Source: an uncultured candidate division Zixibacteria bacterium (GTDB lineage: Bacteria > Zixibacteria > MSB-5A5 > RBG-16-43-9). Taken from it: 64,000 nucleotides of DNA. The notes beneath the pieces are model-generated. The model was not told the origin of the DNA and ran no database searches. It worked only from the letters and a program-made list of their open reading frames with translations. Shown in pieces: positions 29,755 to 39,955 of this stretch (the first letter of the stretch is position 1; every line of letters starts with the position of its first letter). Made by a program: the position numbers and the translations under genes. The stretch is taken from assembly GCA_963713865.1 (NCBI GenBank), contig OY970208.1, positions 1,856,001-1,920,000 on the forward strand. The letters run 5' to 3'.

Positions 29755-31776
29755 ATGAAAAGGTTTAAGGCGGATATTCTGGTTATAGAGCTTGCATTTG
29801 TATTAACAGTCTTTTTAGGAAGTTTTAAAATATCTTATGGGGCTGAAAAAGGGACCTTAGATTTGATTGAGGATGCTTATAAAAGCGGAGAAATTGATTA
29901 CCAGACCAGTTTAATCTATAAAGTCCAAACCATCCGACAGCCTGAAAAAATACCTTCAAAATACAGAGCTAAAGTGGAAAAGATAGAGAAGGATGCTACT
30001 CCTATTTTATTAGAAGTTAAGAAGAGCTGGCCCGGGCTTTCTTCTCAAACACAGGCAGTATTAAAAACTCTTTTATCCCGTCCGGTCAGAGCTTTTTCTT
30101 ATGATTCCCCTGAAGGGCATTATAAGATACATTACGATACTGCTGGAACTCATAAAGTCCCCTCAACCGATGATAATGTAAATGGAATACCGGATTATGT
30201 AGAAAATTTAGCCCTTTACGCAGACAGCTCCTATCGGACTATGATTACTTACCTGGGATATAGAATCCCCCCTTCGGATGGTACTGCTGGAGGAGACAGC
30301 AAATACGATATCTACACTGAAAATATGCCCTATTACGGGTATACCCAGGGTGAATCACCCGGACCTGAGTCCTGGAACGATTATACCAGCTATATCTCAG
30401 TTCATAATAACTTTATCGGCTTTCCACCAAACGATGACCCGGAAGGAGATCAGAAAGGAGCTATGAAGGTCACGGTTGCACATGAATATTTCCATGCGGT
30501 TCAGTTTGGTTATGATATATTTGAATCTGAATGGTTTATGGAGATCTCCTCCGTCTGGATGGAGGATGTGGTTTTTGACCCGGTAAATGATAACTATAAC
30601 TATTTATCCTCTTTCTTCAATTATCCGGATGTCTCCTTACAGGCAACCACCATACACGAATATGCCAGTTTCATCTGGAATACCTTTCTTTCTTCAAATT
30701 TTGGCAACAACCTTATTAAAGATATCTGGGAAGGGTGTATTTACGGAACTGCGATAAATGAGATAAATACTGCCCTGCAATCGCGAGGGAGCAGTCGAGA
30801 TGAAGAATTTAAGAAATTCACCGTATGGAATTATATCACCAGTACCCGGGATGACGGACTGCATTACGAGGAGGGTAGCCATTATCCGCCGATAAAGATA
30901 ATGAGGACCCATTCATCTTATCCAGTGGTAAATAATACTTCCAATGCAACCCCGGATAATCTATCAGCCAACTATATCCAATTCAATCCCTCGGCGGGTT
31001 CTTATAACCTTAACATCAAATTCGATGGGCAGTATGGATACATCTGGGGACTAAAAGCTTTAGGAGTAAAAACGGGCACAGGCTATAATTATACTGAATT
31101 TGAAATCCCTTTAGATGATTCAGGATATGGAGAAGGTATTATTCCTAATTCTAATGATTATAATTATGTGATCTTAATTCCCAGTGTCCTTTCCACCACA
31201 GGCACTAATCTGAACTATCTTTATTCTGCCTGGCTTACCTCAGCTGATACAGTTCACAAAGTAGAGGTTACATCCAGCAATGATAAAGAAGTTATAAATG
31301 CCAGTTGGGATACCTCTTATTTCTTTATTAATAACACCGGCATCGTTACTGATACCTATTCAGTAACCATTTCAGATAATAAGGGATGGTTCCAGAATCC
31401 TGGTTCCTTCTTTGATACTTTAGACCCTGGCGAGACAGATACTATAGAAACTATTTCTCAAATACCTTATGATTTGACTCTCCTTACAGCAGATTCCTTA
31501 AAACTGGTTTTGGTATCTCTTTCCATCTCGATATTAAAAGATTCTGCTGAGGTGGTTTTAAATGTTGTGGCACGAAGAGGAGATACTAATAATAACGGCT
31601 CTATCTCAATAGCAGATATAGTTTATTTAATTAATTATCTATTGAAAGGCGGAGCTCCTCCTCAGTATTATAATACCGGAGATACTAACTGCGATGGCAC
31701 AGTTTCGATATCTGATGTAGTCTATCTGATAAATTACCTGTTCAAATCCGGACCGTTACCTTGCTTTCCTGGATAA
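29755..31776 (+). CDS. Secreted HExxH metalloprotease (MXAN_6640-like) with C-terminal dockerin-like domain
   Basis: TVAHEYFHAVQFGY, WFMEISSVWMED; paralog of 20351-22258; ends GDTNNNG...ADIVYLINYL / GDTNCDG..SISDVVYLINYL. Confidence 0.82.
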   Translation: MKRFKADILVIELAFVLTVFLGSFKISYGAEKGTLDLIEDAYKSGEIDYQTSLIYKVQTIRQPEKIPSKYRAKVEKIEKDATPILLEVKKSWPGLSSQTQAVLKTLLSRPVRAFSYDSPEGHYKIHYDTAGTHKVPSTDDNVNGIPDYVENLALYADSSYRTMITYLGYRIPPSDGTAGGDSKYDIYTENMPYYGYTQGESPGPESWNDYTSYISVHNNFIGFPPNDDPEGDQKGAMKVTVAHEYFHAVQFGYDIFESEWFMEISSVWMEDVVFDPVNDNYNYLSSFFNYPDVSLQATTIHEYASFIWNTFLSSNFGNNLIKDIWEGCIYGTAINEINTALQSRGSSRDEEFKKFTVWNYITSTRDDGLHYEEGSHYPPIKIMRTHSSYPVVNNTSNATPDNLSANYIQFNPSAGSYNLNIKFDGQYGYIWGLKALGVKTGTGYNYTEFEIPLDDSGYGEGIIPNSNDYNYVILIPSVLSTTGTNLNYLYSAWLTSADTVHKVEVTSSNDKEVINASWDTSYFFINNTGIVTDTYSVTISDNKGWFQNPGSFFDTLDPGETDTIETISQIPYDLTLLTADSLKLVLVSLSISILKDSAEVVLNVVARRGDTNNNGSISIADIVYLINYLLKGGAPPQYYNTGDTNCDGTVSISDVVYLINYLFKSGPLPCFPG

Positions 31777-31893
31777 CTTCAGGAGTTGCTAATCCTGTCA
31801 TTGCGAGGAGTATCGCCACAGGAGAGCGACAAGAGAGAAGCAATCTCCATAGAATATGCAGATTACTTCGCTTTGTGGACTCCCAATAATAAT

Positions 31894-33141
31894 CTAATAT
31901 ATCTGGTTAAATCTTTTCAGATGCTTATAGGGCCTCCAGGCAGGGGAGAGGATATGGGATATTTTAACCCGGTCTAGGAGTCGGCCCCAGGTAAAAGTAG
32001 ATTCCCCGTAGCGGTCATTTATCTCATCCATAGCCTCCAGTAAAATCTGTTTTCTCCATTCCCCTTTGAATAAGTAGAACTGACCTGTTCCCCTTATTAG
32101 ATTGGAAACACTTACTCCGATTAATCTAACTCCCAAGGCTTCGATATTTATCTGATCTAAGATGTAAAGGGCAGTTTGATAAATTTCCCTCTCATCATCT
32201 ATGAACTTTTTCAAAGTTTTTTGCTGGGAGAAATGGGAGAAATCCGGAAAACGAATCACCAGAAAAACGGTTTTCCCCTTGTAGCATTTTCTTCTCAATC
32301 TTCGGGCTACTTGCTCGGATAAGCCCAAAAGATACCTTTCTGCCTCCTCCCGGCTGTAAGTATCCTGAGGCAGGGTTATAGAATGTCCAACCGACTTAGT
32401 TTTCTCCTCGATTTCGGCTAAGAGAACCGGACCTCCATCTAAACCCGAAGCCATCCGGTGTAAAGCTCTGCCAACCTTGCCGAACTTCTTTTCTAACGGT
32501 TCAACTGGATAACGGGAAAGCTCGCCGCAGGTATGGATTCCTAATTTATTCAGATAAAAAGTTAGTCTTGGACCTATCCCGCATATCTCTGAGATGGGTA
32601 AATCCTCTAAAACTTCAGAGATTTTTTCGTCTCTTATCCAGAACAAGCCATCCGGTTTTTTCATATCTGAGGCTAACTTGGCTAAAAGTTTGGTAGAGGC
32701 TATTCCTATGGAACAGGTTAATCCTAATTCCTTTTTTATTCTTTTTTTAATCTTTTCCGCTACCTGAAGCGGATTGCCGAATAATCTTTCAGTTCCAGTG
32801 ATATCTAAGAACGATTCGTCTATGGAAAAAACTTCAACTATGGGAGTGAACTCTTTAAAAATACTGTTAAGCTTTAAGGAGATTTCCACATATTTATCCG
32901 AATCGCATCGAATCAGGATTACCTCAGGACACACTTTTTTTGCCTGCCACAGAAGCATCCCGGTTTTAACCCCATAAGCTCTGGCTTCATAAGAGGATGT
33001 GGAGACCACACTTCTGCCCTTGGGATTTCCACAGACTATAATCGGCTTCCCCCTTAAAAAGGGGTTAGACTTTTGTTCTACCGCGGCAAAAAAAGCATCC
33101 ATATCTATATGTAAAATGGTCCTTTTTTTATTTGGCTCCAT
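31894..33141 (-). CDS. dinB: DNA polymerase IV (Y-family)
   Basis: ILHIDMDAFFAAVE, SYEAR..GV, SIDESFLD, LAKLASD.KKPDG, little-finger KSVG. Confidence 0.93.
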   Translation of the reverse strand: MEPNKKRTILHIDMDAFFAAVEQKSNPFLRGKPIIVCGNPKGRSVVSTSSYEARAYGVKTGMLLWQAKKVCPEVILIRCDSDKYVEISLKLNSIFKEFTPIVEVFSIDESFLDITGTERLFGNPLQVAEKIKKRIKKELGLTCSIGIASTKLLAKLASDMKKPDGLFWIRDEKISEVLEDLPISEICGIGPRLTFYLNKLGIHTCGELSRYPVEPLEKKFGKVGRALHRMASGLDGGPVLLAEIEEKTKSVGHSITLPQDTYSREEAERYLLGLSEQVARRLRRKCYKGKTVFLVIRFPDFSHFSQQKTLKKFIDDEREIYQTALYILDQINIEALGVRLIGVSVSNLIRGTGQFYLFKGEWRKQILLEAMDEINDRYGESTFTWGRLLDRVKISHILSPAWRPYKHLKRFNQIY

Positions 33142-33167
33142 AATCAGCCTCGCAGGTCAAGGAAAGC

Positions 33168-33225
33168 GTAGCGTCAGGGTTTATTCCTGACGTTTTTTTC
33201 GTCCTGTCAGAAGACAGGACGCTAC
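33168..33225. repeat. Inverted GTAG REP doublet in dinB leader
   Basis: gtagcgtcagggtttattcctgacg...cgtcctgtcagaagacaggacgctac; sister copy at 48278-48339. Confidence 0.75.
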
Positions 33226-33243
33226 ATTTCTTCTCCAAGTCAT

Positions 33244-33272
33244 AATATACTGCACAAATGTGCAGCTGTCAA
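33244..33272 (-). promoter_or_regulatory. dinB promoter with palindromic operator (putative LexA/SOS box)
   Basis: Minus strand TTGACA-17 nt-TATATT; spacer holds CTGCAC-AAAT-GTGCAG (33250-33265). Confidence 0.75.
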
Positions 33273-33493
33273 GAGGAGAATAAAAAATAAAACTACGAAT
33301 GACGGATAATGAATAAATGGTAGGGGAGGGGCTTATCCCCTCCCGTTTTTCTTTCCGGACAGAAACAGAATCCGGCTGGTGTGGACTCTGTCCTAATAAA
33401 AGACAAAAAAATGATTGACAAATATAAAAAAAGAATTATTGTAAAAGTGGAAGATAATTAAATTATCGGGCTTTTTAAACCGTAGGAGGATTT

Positions 33494-34969
33494 ATGAAAA
33501 AAATAGTTATATTTCTGGCTGTGACATTTATTTTCTTTAACATTACTTATGCCAGAATACACTGGGTGCCTTCCGCTTATCTAGCAACCATTCAAGGGGG
33601 GATAGATGTAGCTGAAGATGGAGACACGGTCTTGGTTTTACCTGGCGTCTATTATGAAAATATAAACTTCAAGGCGAAGAAAATTTTGGTTACTAGCAAT
33701 TTCATCTTTGACCAGGACACTAACACAATTCATAATACTATCATAGACGGAAAAGAAAAGAATTCTGTTGTCACTTTTGACTCGAAAGAGAATTCTTCTG
33801 CGACCATACTAGGTTTTACAATAAGAAATGGCTGCCATCGCGAAGGTGGCGGCATTTTATGTCGAGGTTCTGGTCCAAGGATAGCCTATAATATTATAAA
33901 AGAAAATACCGGAGATGCGAGCTGTATAGAACCAGATCAGTTCACTTTGGGAGGTAGTTCTGGTGGTGGTATTTCCTGCCTTGATTGTTCTGCAATAATC
34001 GAGCACAATTATATTATCAAAAATCGCTCCCTTGCTAGTGGGGAAGGAGAGGGTCTTGGAGGGGGAATTTTTTTCGTCGGGAAACATTTTTTAACAATTA
34101 GGTATAATTTGATAGCTTCGAATCTGGCAGAAAAAGGGGTAAATTCTTATGGAATAGGTGGGGGAGGGGGTATTTGGGGAGGCGACTCCTGCGTAGCTTC
34201 CATTTACAATAACACCATCGTTAATAATTATGCAGAAGAAGGAGGAGGCGGTATCTTTAATTGTTCCCTACTACCTGGCACCAAGTTTTACAATAACATT
34301 ATAGCATTTAATTCTGAAGGCATCAGAGTTTTATATTTACCAGGTTGTGTATTTAGTCCGATCCTCACCTATAATGACGTCTGGGGAAATGTTGAAGGGA
34401 ATTTCTTTGGTTTTGGTTCTGAGGTTGGCGATACCACCTGGGGATTTAATTTAAACGGCACACCCTGCGATAGTTTCTATAATATTATTCGTGATCCACT
34501 TTTTGTTGATACTGCAAATTTCGACTTCCATCTTTTAGTCAATTCTCCCTGTATCGATGCTGGTGACCCTTCTTCACCCTTAGACCCGGATACTACTATT
34601 GCAGATATGGGAGCCTTTTATTATCCTCATATCCCAACTTATGTCAAAGATGATAACCGAAATTTGCCAGTAGAGTTTGAACTGCCTCAGAATTATCCTA
34701 ATCCCTTTAATCCAGCAACCACCATTCCCTTCAGCATTTATGGTTCACAGTTCATAGTTCATAATCCCATCCACACCATCTTAAAAATATATAATATCAA
34801 AGGTCAATTAGTAAAGACATTAGTAGATGAAGAAAAATTGCCAGGTAGTTATAATATCATCTGGGATGGTAAGGATAACTCAGGTAGAGAAGTCTCAAGC
34901 GGGATATATTTCTATCAATTGAAGACTAAGGATTATACTCAGACCAAGAAGATGGTCCTGTTGAGGTAG
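33494..34969 (+). CDS. Secreted parallel beta-helix protein with FlgD/T9SS-like C-terminal domain
   Basis: TIQ.GID...DGDTVLV.PGVYYENI, repeated GGGI/N..I..N, SPCIDAGDP, QNYPNPFNP...WDGKD..G.EVSSGIYFY. Confidence 0.85.
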   Translation: MKKIVIFLAVTFIFFNITYARIHWVPSAYLATIQGGIDVAEDGDTVLVLPGVYYENINFKAKKILVTSNFIFDQDTNTIHNTIIDGKEKNSVVTFDSKENSSATILGFTIRNGCHREGGGILCRGSGPRIAYNIIKENTGDASCIEPDQFTLGGSSGGGISCLDCSAIIEHNYIIKNRSLASGEGEGLGGGIFFVGKHFLTIRYNLIASNLAEKGVNSYGIGGGGGIWGGDSCVASIYNNTIVNNYAEEGGGGIFNCSLLPGTKFYNNIIAFNSEGIRVLYLPGCVFSPILTYNDVWGNVEGNFFGFGSEVGDTTWGFNLNGTPCDSFYNIIRDPLFVDTANFDFHLLVNSPCIDAGDPSSPLDPDTTIADMGAFYYPHIPTYVKDDNRNLPVEFELPQNYPNPFNPATTIPFSIYGSQFIVHNPIHTILKIYNIKGQLVKTLVDEEKLPGSYNIIWDGKDNSGREVSSGIYFYQLKTKDYTQTKKMVLLR

Positions 34970-35015
34970 AACCTTTTCCCATCCCCTCTTCTTAAAAAAC
35001 AGAGGGGAAAAATGC

Positions 35016-35044
35016 GTAGGGGCGGGTTTCAAACCCGCCCCTAC
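35016..35044. repeat. GTAG...CTAC perfect REP palindrome
   Basis: gtaggggcgggtttcaaacccgcccctac; variant at 48393-48421. Confidence 0.8.
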
Positions 35045-35162
35045 TGTCTCAAATTCCATAAAATTTTCAAGCCAAAAATTAAAAATTGAAGTTGACTTTT
35101 GCTTTTTCAATCTAATATATTCATTTTGGTAAAAAACAAATCTCTTCCTATGGAGGTAAAAA

Positions 35163-36269
35163 GTGCAAATCACCATCAGCGTAATCAAAGCAGACATTGG
35201 AAGTATCGGCGGGCATATAAAGCCCAGCCAGAGGTTAAAAGACTCAGTTAGGGATTACATACAGGAAAATGGCTTAAAAAAAGGGCTGGTCATCGATAGC
35301 TATATCAGCTCTACCGGAGACGATATAGCAATTCTTATGACTCATAAAACGGGGAAGTTAAATTCTGAAATACATAAGTTAGCCTGGAATGCCTTTGTGG
35401 CTGGAACCAGTGTAGCGAAAAAACAGGGGCTGTATGGTGCAGGGCAGGACCTTTTAAAAGATGCTTTTTCAGGGAATGTAAAAGGTATGGGACCGGCTGT
35501 AGCGGAGTTGGAAATAGAGGAAAGACCAAATGAATCTTTCCTTTTCTTTGCTGCGGACAAGACTGACCCGGGTGCCTATAGTCTGCCTTTATATTTAAGC
35601 TTTGCTGATCCTATGCATAATGCTGGATTGTTACTTTCTCCGGGAATGAGCAAGGGGTTTAAATTTACCATTATGGACGTAGCGTATACCGAGGCTGACC
35701 GGGTGATTGAGCTTTATGCTCCTGAAAATCTTTATGATATAGCTGCCCTTTTGAGAGATAACCAGAGGTTTGTGATCGAATCTATTCATTCTAAAAATGC
35801 AGGTGAGCAGGCAGCCGCAGTCAGCACAACCAGATTACATAATATCGCTGGGAAATATACCGGCAAGGATGACCCGGTCTGTTTAGTCCGGGTACAGGGT
35901 AACTTTCCTGCCACGGGCGAGGTTTTATCTCCTTATAGTATAGGCCATTTTGTAGCTGGATTTATGCGAGGCAGCCATACAGGACCTTTGATGCCGGTGA
36001 AAGCCAATTCTACCATTTCATTCTTTGATGGTCCCCCGGTTGTATCTGCTCAAGCCTTCTCCATGAAAGAAGGCGTGTTAACCGAACCAGCAGACGCCTT
36101 TGACCAGCCTTTCTGGGATTACGTACGGGACAGGGTTTCTCAGAAGGCTATCGATATACGCCAACAGGGTTTCTCCGGTTGTGCTATGCTTCCTTATTCA
36201 GAGCTGGAATATGGAGGGATAGTAGAAAAGCTTAAAGAGTTGGATAAGAAGTTTGTGGTTCGTAAATAG
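35163..36269 (+). CDS. fbp: Fructose-1,6-bisphosphate aldolase/phosphatase (class V FBPase)
   Basis: IKADIGSIGGH, GDDI, LYGAGQDLLKDAFSGNVKGMGP, ADKT.PGA, YTGKDDP, MRGSH.GPLMP, ELEY. Confidence 0.92.
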   Translation: MQITISVIKADIGSIGGHIKPSQRLKDSVRDYIQENGLKKGLVIDSYISSTGDDIAILMTHKTGKLNSEIHKLAWNAFVAGTSVAKKQGLYGAGQDLLKDAFSGNVKGMGPAVAELEIEERPNESFLFFAADKTDPGAYSLPLYLSFADPMHNAGLLLSPGMSKGFKFTIMDVAYTEADRVIELYAPENLYDIAALLRDNQRFVIESIHSKNAGEQAAAVSTTRLHNIAGKYTGKDDPVCLVRVQGNFPATGEVLSPYSIGHFVAGFMRGSHTGPLMPVKANSTISFFDGPPVVSAQAFSMKEGVLTEPADAFDQPFWDYVRDRVSQKAIDIRQQGFSGCAMLPYSELEYGGIVEKLKELDKKFVVRK

Positions 36270-36487
36270 AAAAGAAAAATTGACCCAGGTTGAGGGCAAC
36301 GTGGGGATACGATTTGGAGTGTAAACCTTTAGGTTTACCAAAAGGTAAAGATATGTAGGTCAAGCATGGCAAAGCCTGTTTGACAAAATAAGATGTCGAA
36401 CAGTCCTTGGACATGGTCGACCTACGGAAATCCTGCAAATTTTTCTTGACAGTTAATTTCGCAAGTTATATATAATTGCAGACTAAA

Positions 36488-36559
36488 GCGGGTGTAATTC
36501 AGCGGCAGAATGCAAGCTTCCCAAGCTTGACGTCGAGGGTTCAACTCCCTTCGCCCGCT
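36488..36559 (+). tRNA. tRNA-Gly(CCC)
   Basis: gcgggtg...cgcccgc acceptor stem; anticodon arm caagc-ttCCCaa-gcttg; T arm gagggttcaactccc. Confidence 0.92.
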
Positions 36560-36622
36560 TTTTTTAATTCTATCCTACGGATTCCTTTCGGGACAAATTC
36601 GTTCCAGGATTGGAGTTTTTAA

Positions 36623-37927
36623 GTGAAAATAAGATCGGTTGAAAGAAAAAGTCTGGCTGAAAAATATTCAATCCTGACGGGAGAAGAAATTTTAGAGATA
36701 AATAATTCTTCGATAAAGGACTTAATTGAATATAAATTTTATTCCAGCGAAAAGAAATTAAAACTAAAAATTAAAAGTAAATCTGGTATTATCCGAGTAG
36801 TTACATTAACAAAAAAACCGGATCAGGATTTAGGAATAGCTTTTGAGGAAAAAAGATATAGAGGCTGTCCGAATAAATGTATCTTCTGTTTTATTGACCA
36901 ACTTCCAAAAGGCTTAAGGAAGCCGCTCTATTTTAGAGATGAAGACTTTCGTCTTTCATTTTTACATGGTAGTTTCATCACCCTGACTAATCTTTCGGAA
37001 CAAGATATACAACGCATAATAAATCAGAGATTAAGCCCTCTATATATATCAGTTCATACGACCAATGAATCGCTTAGGAAAAAAATGCTGGGCAATCAGA
37101 AAGCACCGGATATCATGCCTTTAATCCGCAGATTGGCAGAAAACAGAATTGAAATACACGCTCAGATAGTTTTATGTACAGGAATAAACGATGAAAAATA
37201 TCTGGAGAAATCGGTTTACGAGCTTTCTTTATTCTATCCCCGGGTAAAATCCTTAGCTATAGTCCCTGTGGGATTGAGTAAGTTCAGAAAAGGTCTGCCT
37301 GAATTAAAAGCGATTAATAAGGAATATGCAAAACGACTCATACGTTTAGTTGACCATTGGCAACTTTATTTCAGGAAGAAATATGAATCCAATTTCGTTT
37401 ATGCCGCAGACGAGTTTTATCTTTCAGCCGGGCTTGACATCCCCACCAAAAAATATTATGATGAATTCTATCAGATCGAAAATGGCGTGGGTATGGTCAG
37501 GGAGTTTTTAGATGATTTTAAAAGGAAACAGAGGTTTTTACCGAGAAGTTTAAAATACAAATACCGATTGACCCTGGTAACTGGAGGGTTAGCTTATAAA
37601 TTTATGAGTGGTTATATCCTGGATAGGTTAAAAAAGATAAAAAACCTGAAGGTGAACCTGGTAAAAGTAAAAAATAATTTCCTGGGAGAAAGCGTAACCG
37701 TCACCGGCCTTTTGAGTGGTGGAGATATACTTCAAGCTCTAAAAAAGTCAGGAAAAAGTGACTTGATTATGCTGCCACCTAACTGTCTGAATCCGGATGA
37801 CTTTTTCCTGGATGATTTGAAGCCTGCCGATTTGGAGAAAAAATTATGTGTGAAAATCGTTAAAGGGTCTTATGATTTAGTTGAATCCTTGAAAAATATA
37901 TCACCGGAGATAAAATCTGGAGTGTAA
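36623..37927 (+). CDS. PDZ + radical-SAM-like DUF512 protein
   Basis: CPNKCIFCFIDQLPKG.R..LY..D.D.RLSFLHG; QIENGVGM; upstream of der. Confidence 0.85.
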   Translation: MKIRSVERKSLAEKYSILTGEEILEINNSSIKDLIEYKFYSSEKKLKLKIKSKSGIIRVVTLTKKPDQDLGIAFEEKRYRGCPNKCIFCFIDQLPKGLRKPLYFRDEDFRLSFLHGSFITLTNLSEQDIQRIINQRLSPLYISVHTTNESLRKKMLGNQKAPDIMPLIRRLAENRIEIHAQIVLCTGINDEKYLEKSVYELSLFYPRVKSLAIVPVGLSKFRKGLPELKAINKEYAKRLIRLVDHWQLYFRKKYESNFVYAADEFYLSAGLDIPTKKYYDEFYQIENGVGMVREFLDDFKRKQRFLPRSLKYKYRLTLVTGGLAYKFMSGYILDRLKKIKNLKVNLVKVKNNFLGESVTVTGLLSGGDILQALKKSGKSDLIMLPPNCLNPDDFFLDDLKPADLEKKLCVKIVKGSYDLVESLKNISPEIKSGV

Positions 37928-38059
37928 ACCTTCAGGGTTACAAAAAAACGCGTATCCGAGCCTTTATGGCTTAGCAAAGATACGAAACCTCTGCTATGCG
38001 AACTCTGGAGAAAGTAAACCTTAAACTTTAAAAAAATAAAGCTAAAGCTTTATACTCCA
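37918..38059. repeat. TGGAG-tagged hairpin pair overlapping DUF512 stop
   Basis: tggagtgTAAaccttcagggttac ... aaagctaaagctttatactcca. Confidence 0.65.
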
Positions 38060-38069
38060 TAATAGAATA

Positions 38070-39380
38070 ATGTCACTTCCAATCGTAGCTATAATCGGTC
38101 GTCCCAATGTAGGGAAATCCACTCTTTTTAACCGTTTTCTAAAAAAAAGAGTTGCGGTGGTACATAATCGACCAGGGGTAACCAGAGATAGAAATTATGC
38201 TTCTTGCACCTGGAATGGTAAAAGCTTCTATTTAGTCGATACTGGAGGTTTTTTGCCCGCAACCAAAAATGAGCTGGAAAAACAGGTTAAAGCTCAAGCT
38301 GAAAGTGCCATAGCTGAAGCAGATCTGATTTTGTTTTTGATCGATAGTAAAGCAGGCACTCAGGAAATAGATTTAGAGATCGCTAAAAGATTGAAGAAAA
38401 CAAACAAAAAGGTCTTACTTGTGGCCAATAAAGTTGATAACGAAAAGGAGGAGTTAGAGGTCTATTCTCATACCAGATTAGGATTAGGAGAGCTTTATGC
38501 TATATCTGCGACTAATGGAAGAAACGCAACCGAGCTTTTAGATGATATCTCCAGACTAATTCCTGAGAGCATACCGGTGGAGGAAGAAAAAGGGATTAAA
38601 GTAGCAGTTATTGGCAGACCCAACGTAGGGAAATCCACCTTTGTAAATACCCTTTTGGGTGAAGAGAAATTAATCGTTAGCCAGATACCAGGCACTACCA
38701 GAGATTCAATCGATACCAGAATTAAGATAAATCAGGACGATTTTGTTCTTATCGATACGGCTGGCTTAAGAAAAAAGTCGAATATCAAAGACGATCTGGA
38801 ATTCCATACATCACTTAGAAGTTTAAGGTCTATCCAGAGATCCGACGTTTGCTTACTTTTAACTGAAGCTCCGGTTGGCCTGGTAAATCAGGATTTGAAG
38901 ATCGCCAGTGAAGTTATAGAAATGTGGAAAGGGCTGGTAATGGGGATAAATAAATGGGACCAGCTTCAGAAAGAAAGCAAAACGGTTGATTATTATACTA
39001 AATGGATTAAAAATTATGCACCATTCTTGGATTTCGTCCCGATTACTTTTATCTCAGCCAAAACCGGACAAAGAGTAGAGAAAACGATGGAATTTATAAA
39101 AGAAGTCTATCTGGAAAGGAAGAAGAGGATAGCTACTAATGAGCTGAATCAAAAATTAGGATCGGAGATCATAAAACAACCTCCTCCTTCTGTGCAAGGT
39201 AAATATATAAAACTCTATTACTGCACTCAGACCGATATAGAACCTCCGACCTTTGTCTTCTTTTGCAACTACCCGGAACTTTTGAAGAAGCCTTATTTAA
39301 AGTACTTACAGAGTAAAATCAGGGAACATTTTGGTTTCAAAGGATGTCCCATCAGGATAAAAGTGAACAAAAGAGAATAA
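38070..39380 (+). CDS. der: Ribosome biogenesis GTPase Der (EngA)
   Basis: Two GRPNVGKST G-domains, DTGG/DTAG, NKVD/NKWD, KH-like C-terminus. Confidence 0.96.
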   Translation: MSLPIVAIIGRPNVGKSTLFNRFLKKRVAVVHNRPGVTRDRNYASCTWNGKSFYLVDTGGFLPATKNELEKQVKAQAESAIAEADLILFLIDSKAGTQEIDLEIAKRLKKTNKKVLLVANKVDNEKEELEVYSHTRLGLGELYAISATNGRNATELLDDISRLIPESIPVEEEKGIKVAVIGRPNVGKSTFVNTLLGEEKLIVSQIPGTTRDSIDTRIKINQDDFVLIDTAGLRKKSNIKDDLEFHTSLRSLRSIQRSDVCLLLTEAPVGLVNQDLKIASEVIEMWKGLVMGINKWDQLQKESKTVDYYTKWIKNYAPFLDFVPITFISAKTGQRVEKTMEFIKEVYLERKKRIATNELNQKLGSEIIKQPPPSVQGKYIKLYYCTQTDIEPPTFVFFCNYPELLKKPYLKYLQSKIREHFGFKGCPIRIKVNKRE

Positions 39381-39385
39381 AGATT

Positions 39386-39594
39386 TGGAATGCAAACTTA
39401 AAGGTTCTGTTTAAAAACCGGAATCAATAGAAAGATTGTCATTCTGAATCCGCCGGAGGCGGATGAAGAATCTCTATATTACTCAATAAGATTCTTCAGT
39501 CGTCCCCGTAGGGGACTCCCTCAGAATGACAGTGTGGATTTTTTCAATACTCTCTGAAGGTTTACTAAAAGGTAAAGCTGAAGCTTTACATTCC
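39386..39594. repeat. Multi-level nested palindromic element
   Basis: TGGA-type ends enclosing ctgtttaaaaacc...ggatttttcaatac IR enclosing tgtcattctga...cagaatgaca pair containing ccgccggaggcgg and ccccgtagggg mini-hairpins. Confidence 0.7.
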
Positions 39595-39605
39595 AGAAAA
39601 AAGAG

Positions 39606-39905
39606 ATGTCACAATTCTTTTCAGAAAAGATTGAAGTTGTGTTTGATAAAAAAAGAGGAGTGCCGCTTTCTTTTGTCTGGAATAAAAAAGAATACATAAT
39701 AATTGAGCAGATAGCAGTCTGGCATGATTGGGGATTTCCCAAAGGCTCGCCTAAGGCTAAAAACTGGAGATTGAGACACCACAGGAATTATTATAGAGTT
39801 CAGACTAATGAGGATGAGGTCTTTGAAATATATCTTGACAGAAAAACTAAAAATGAAGAAGTGGAATGGTATTTGTATCAAAAAATAAAGTTAGAACTCT
39901 CGTAG
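39606..39905 (+). CDS. DUF6504-like small protein
   Basis: P.SF.W....Y.I.E....W.DW...W..R.HRNYYRV.T..G/D..FEIY.DR...W.L pattern. Confidence 0.7.
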   Translation: MSQFFSEKIEVVFDKKRGVPLSFVWNKKEYIIIEQIAVWHDWGFPKGSPKAKNWRLRHHRNYYRVQTNEDEVFEIYLDRKTKNEEVEWYLYQKIKLELS

Positions 39906-39925
39906 AGACGCATTGCATGCGTCTC
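39902..39925. repeat. GTAG REP hairpin overlapping stop codon
   Basis: GTAG-agacgcattgcatgcgtctc; same family at 800 and 61052. Confidence 0.75.
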
Positions 39926-39955
39926 AATTAAGTTTCTAAATAACAGTACCTATAA

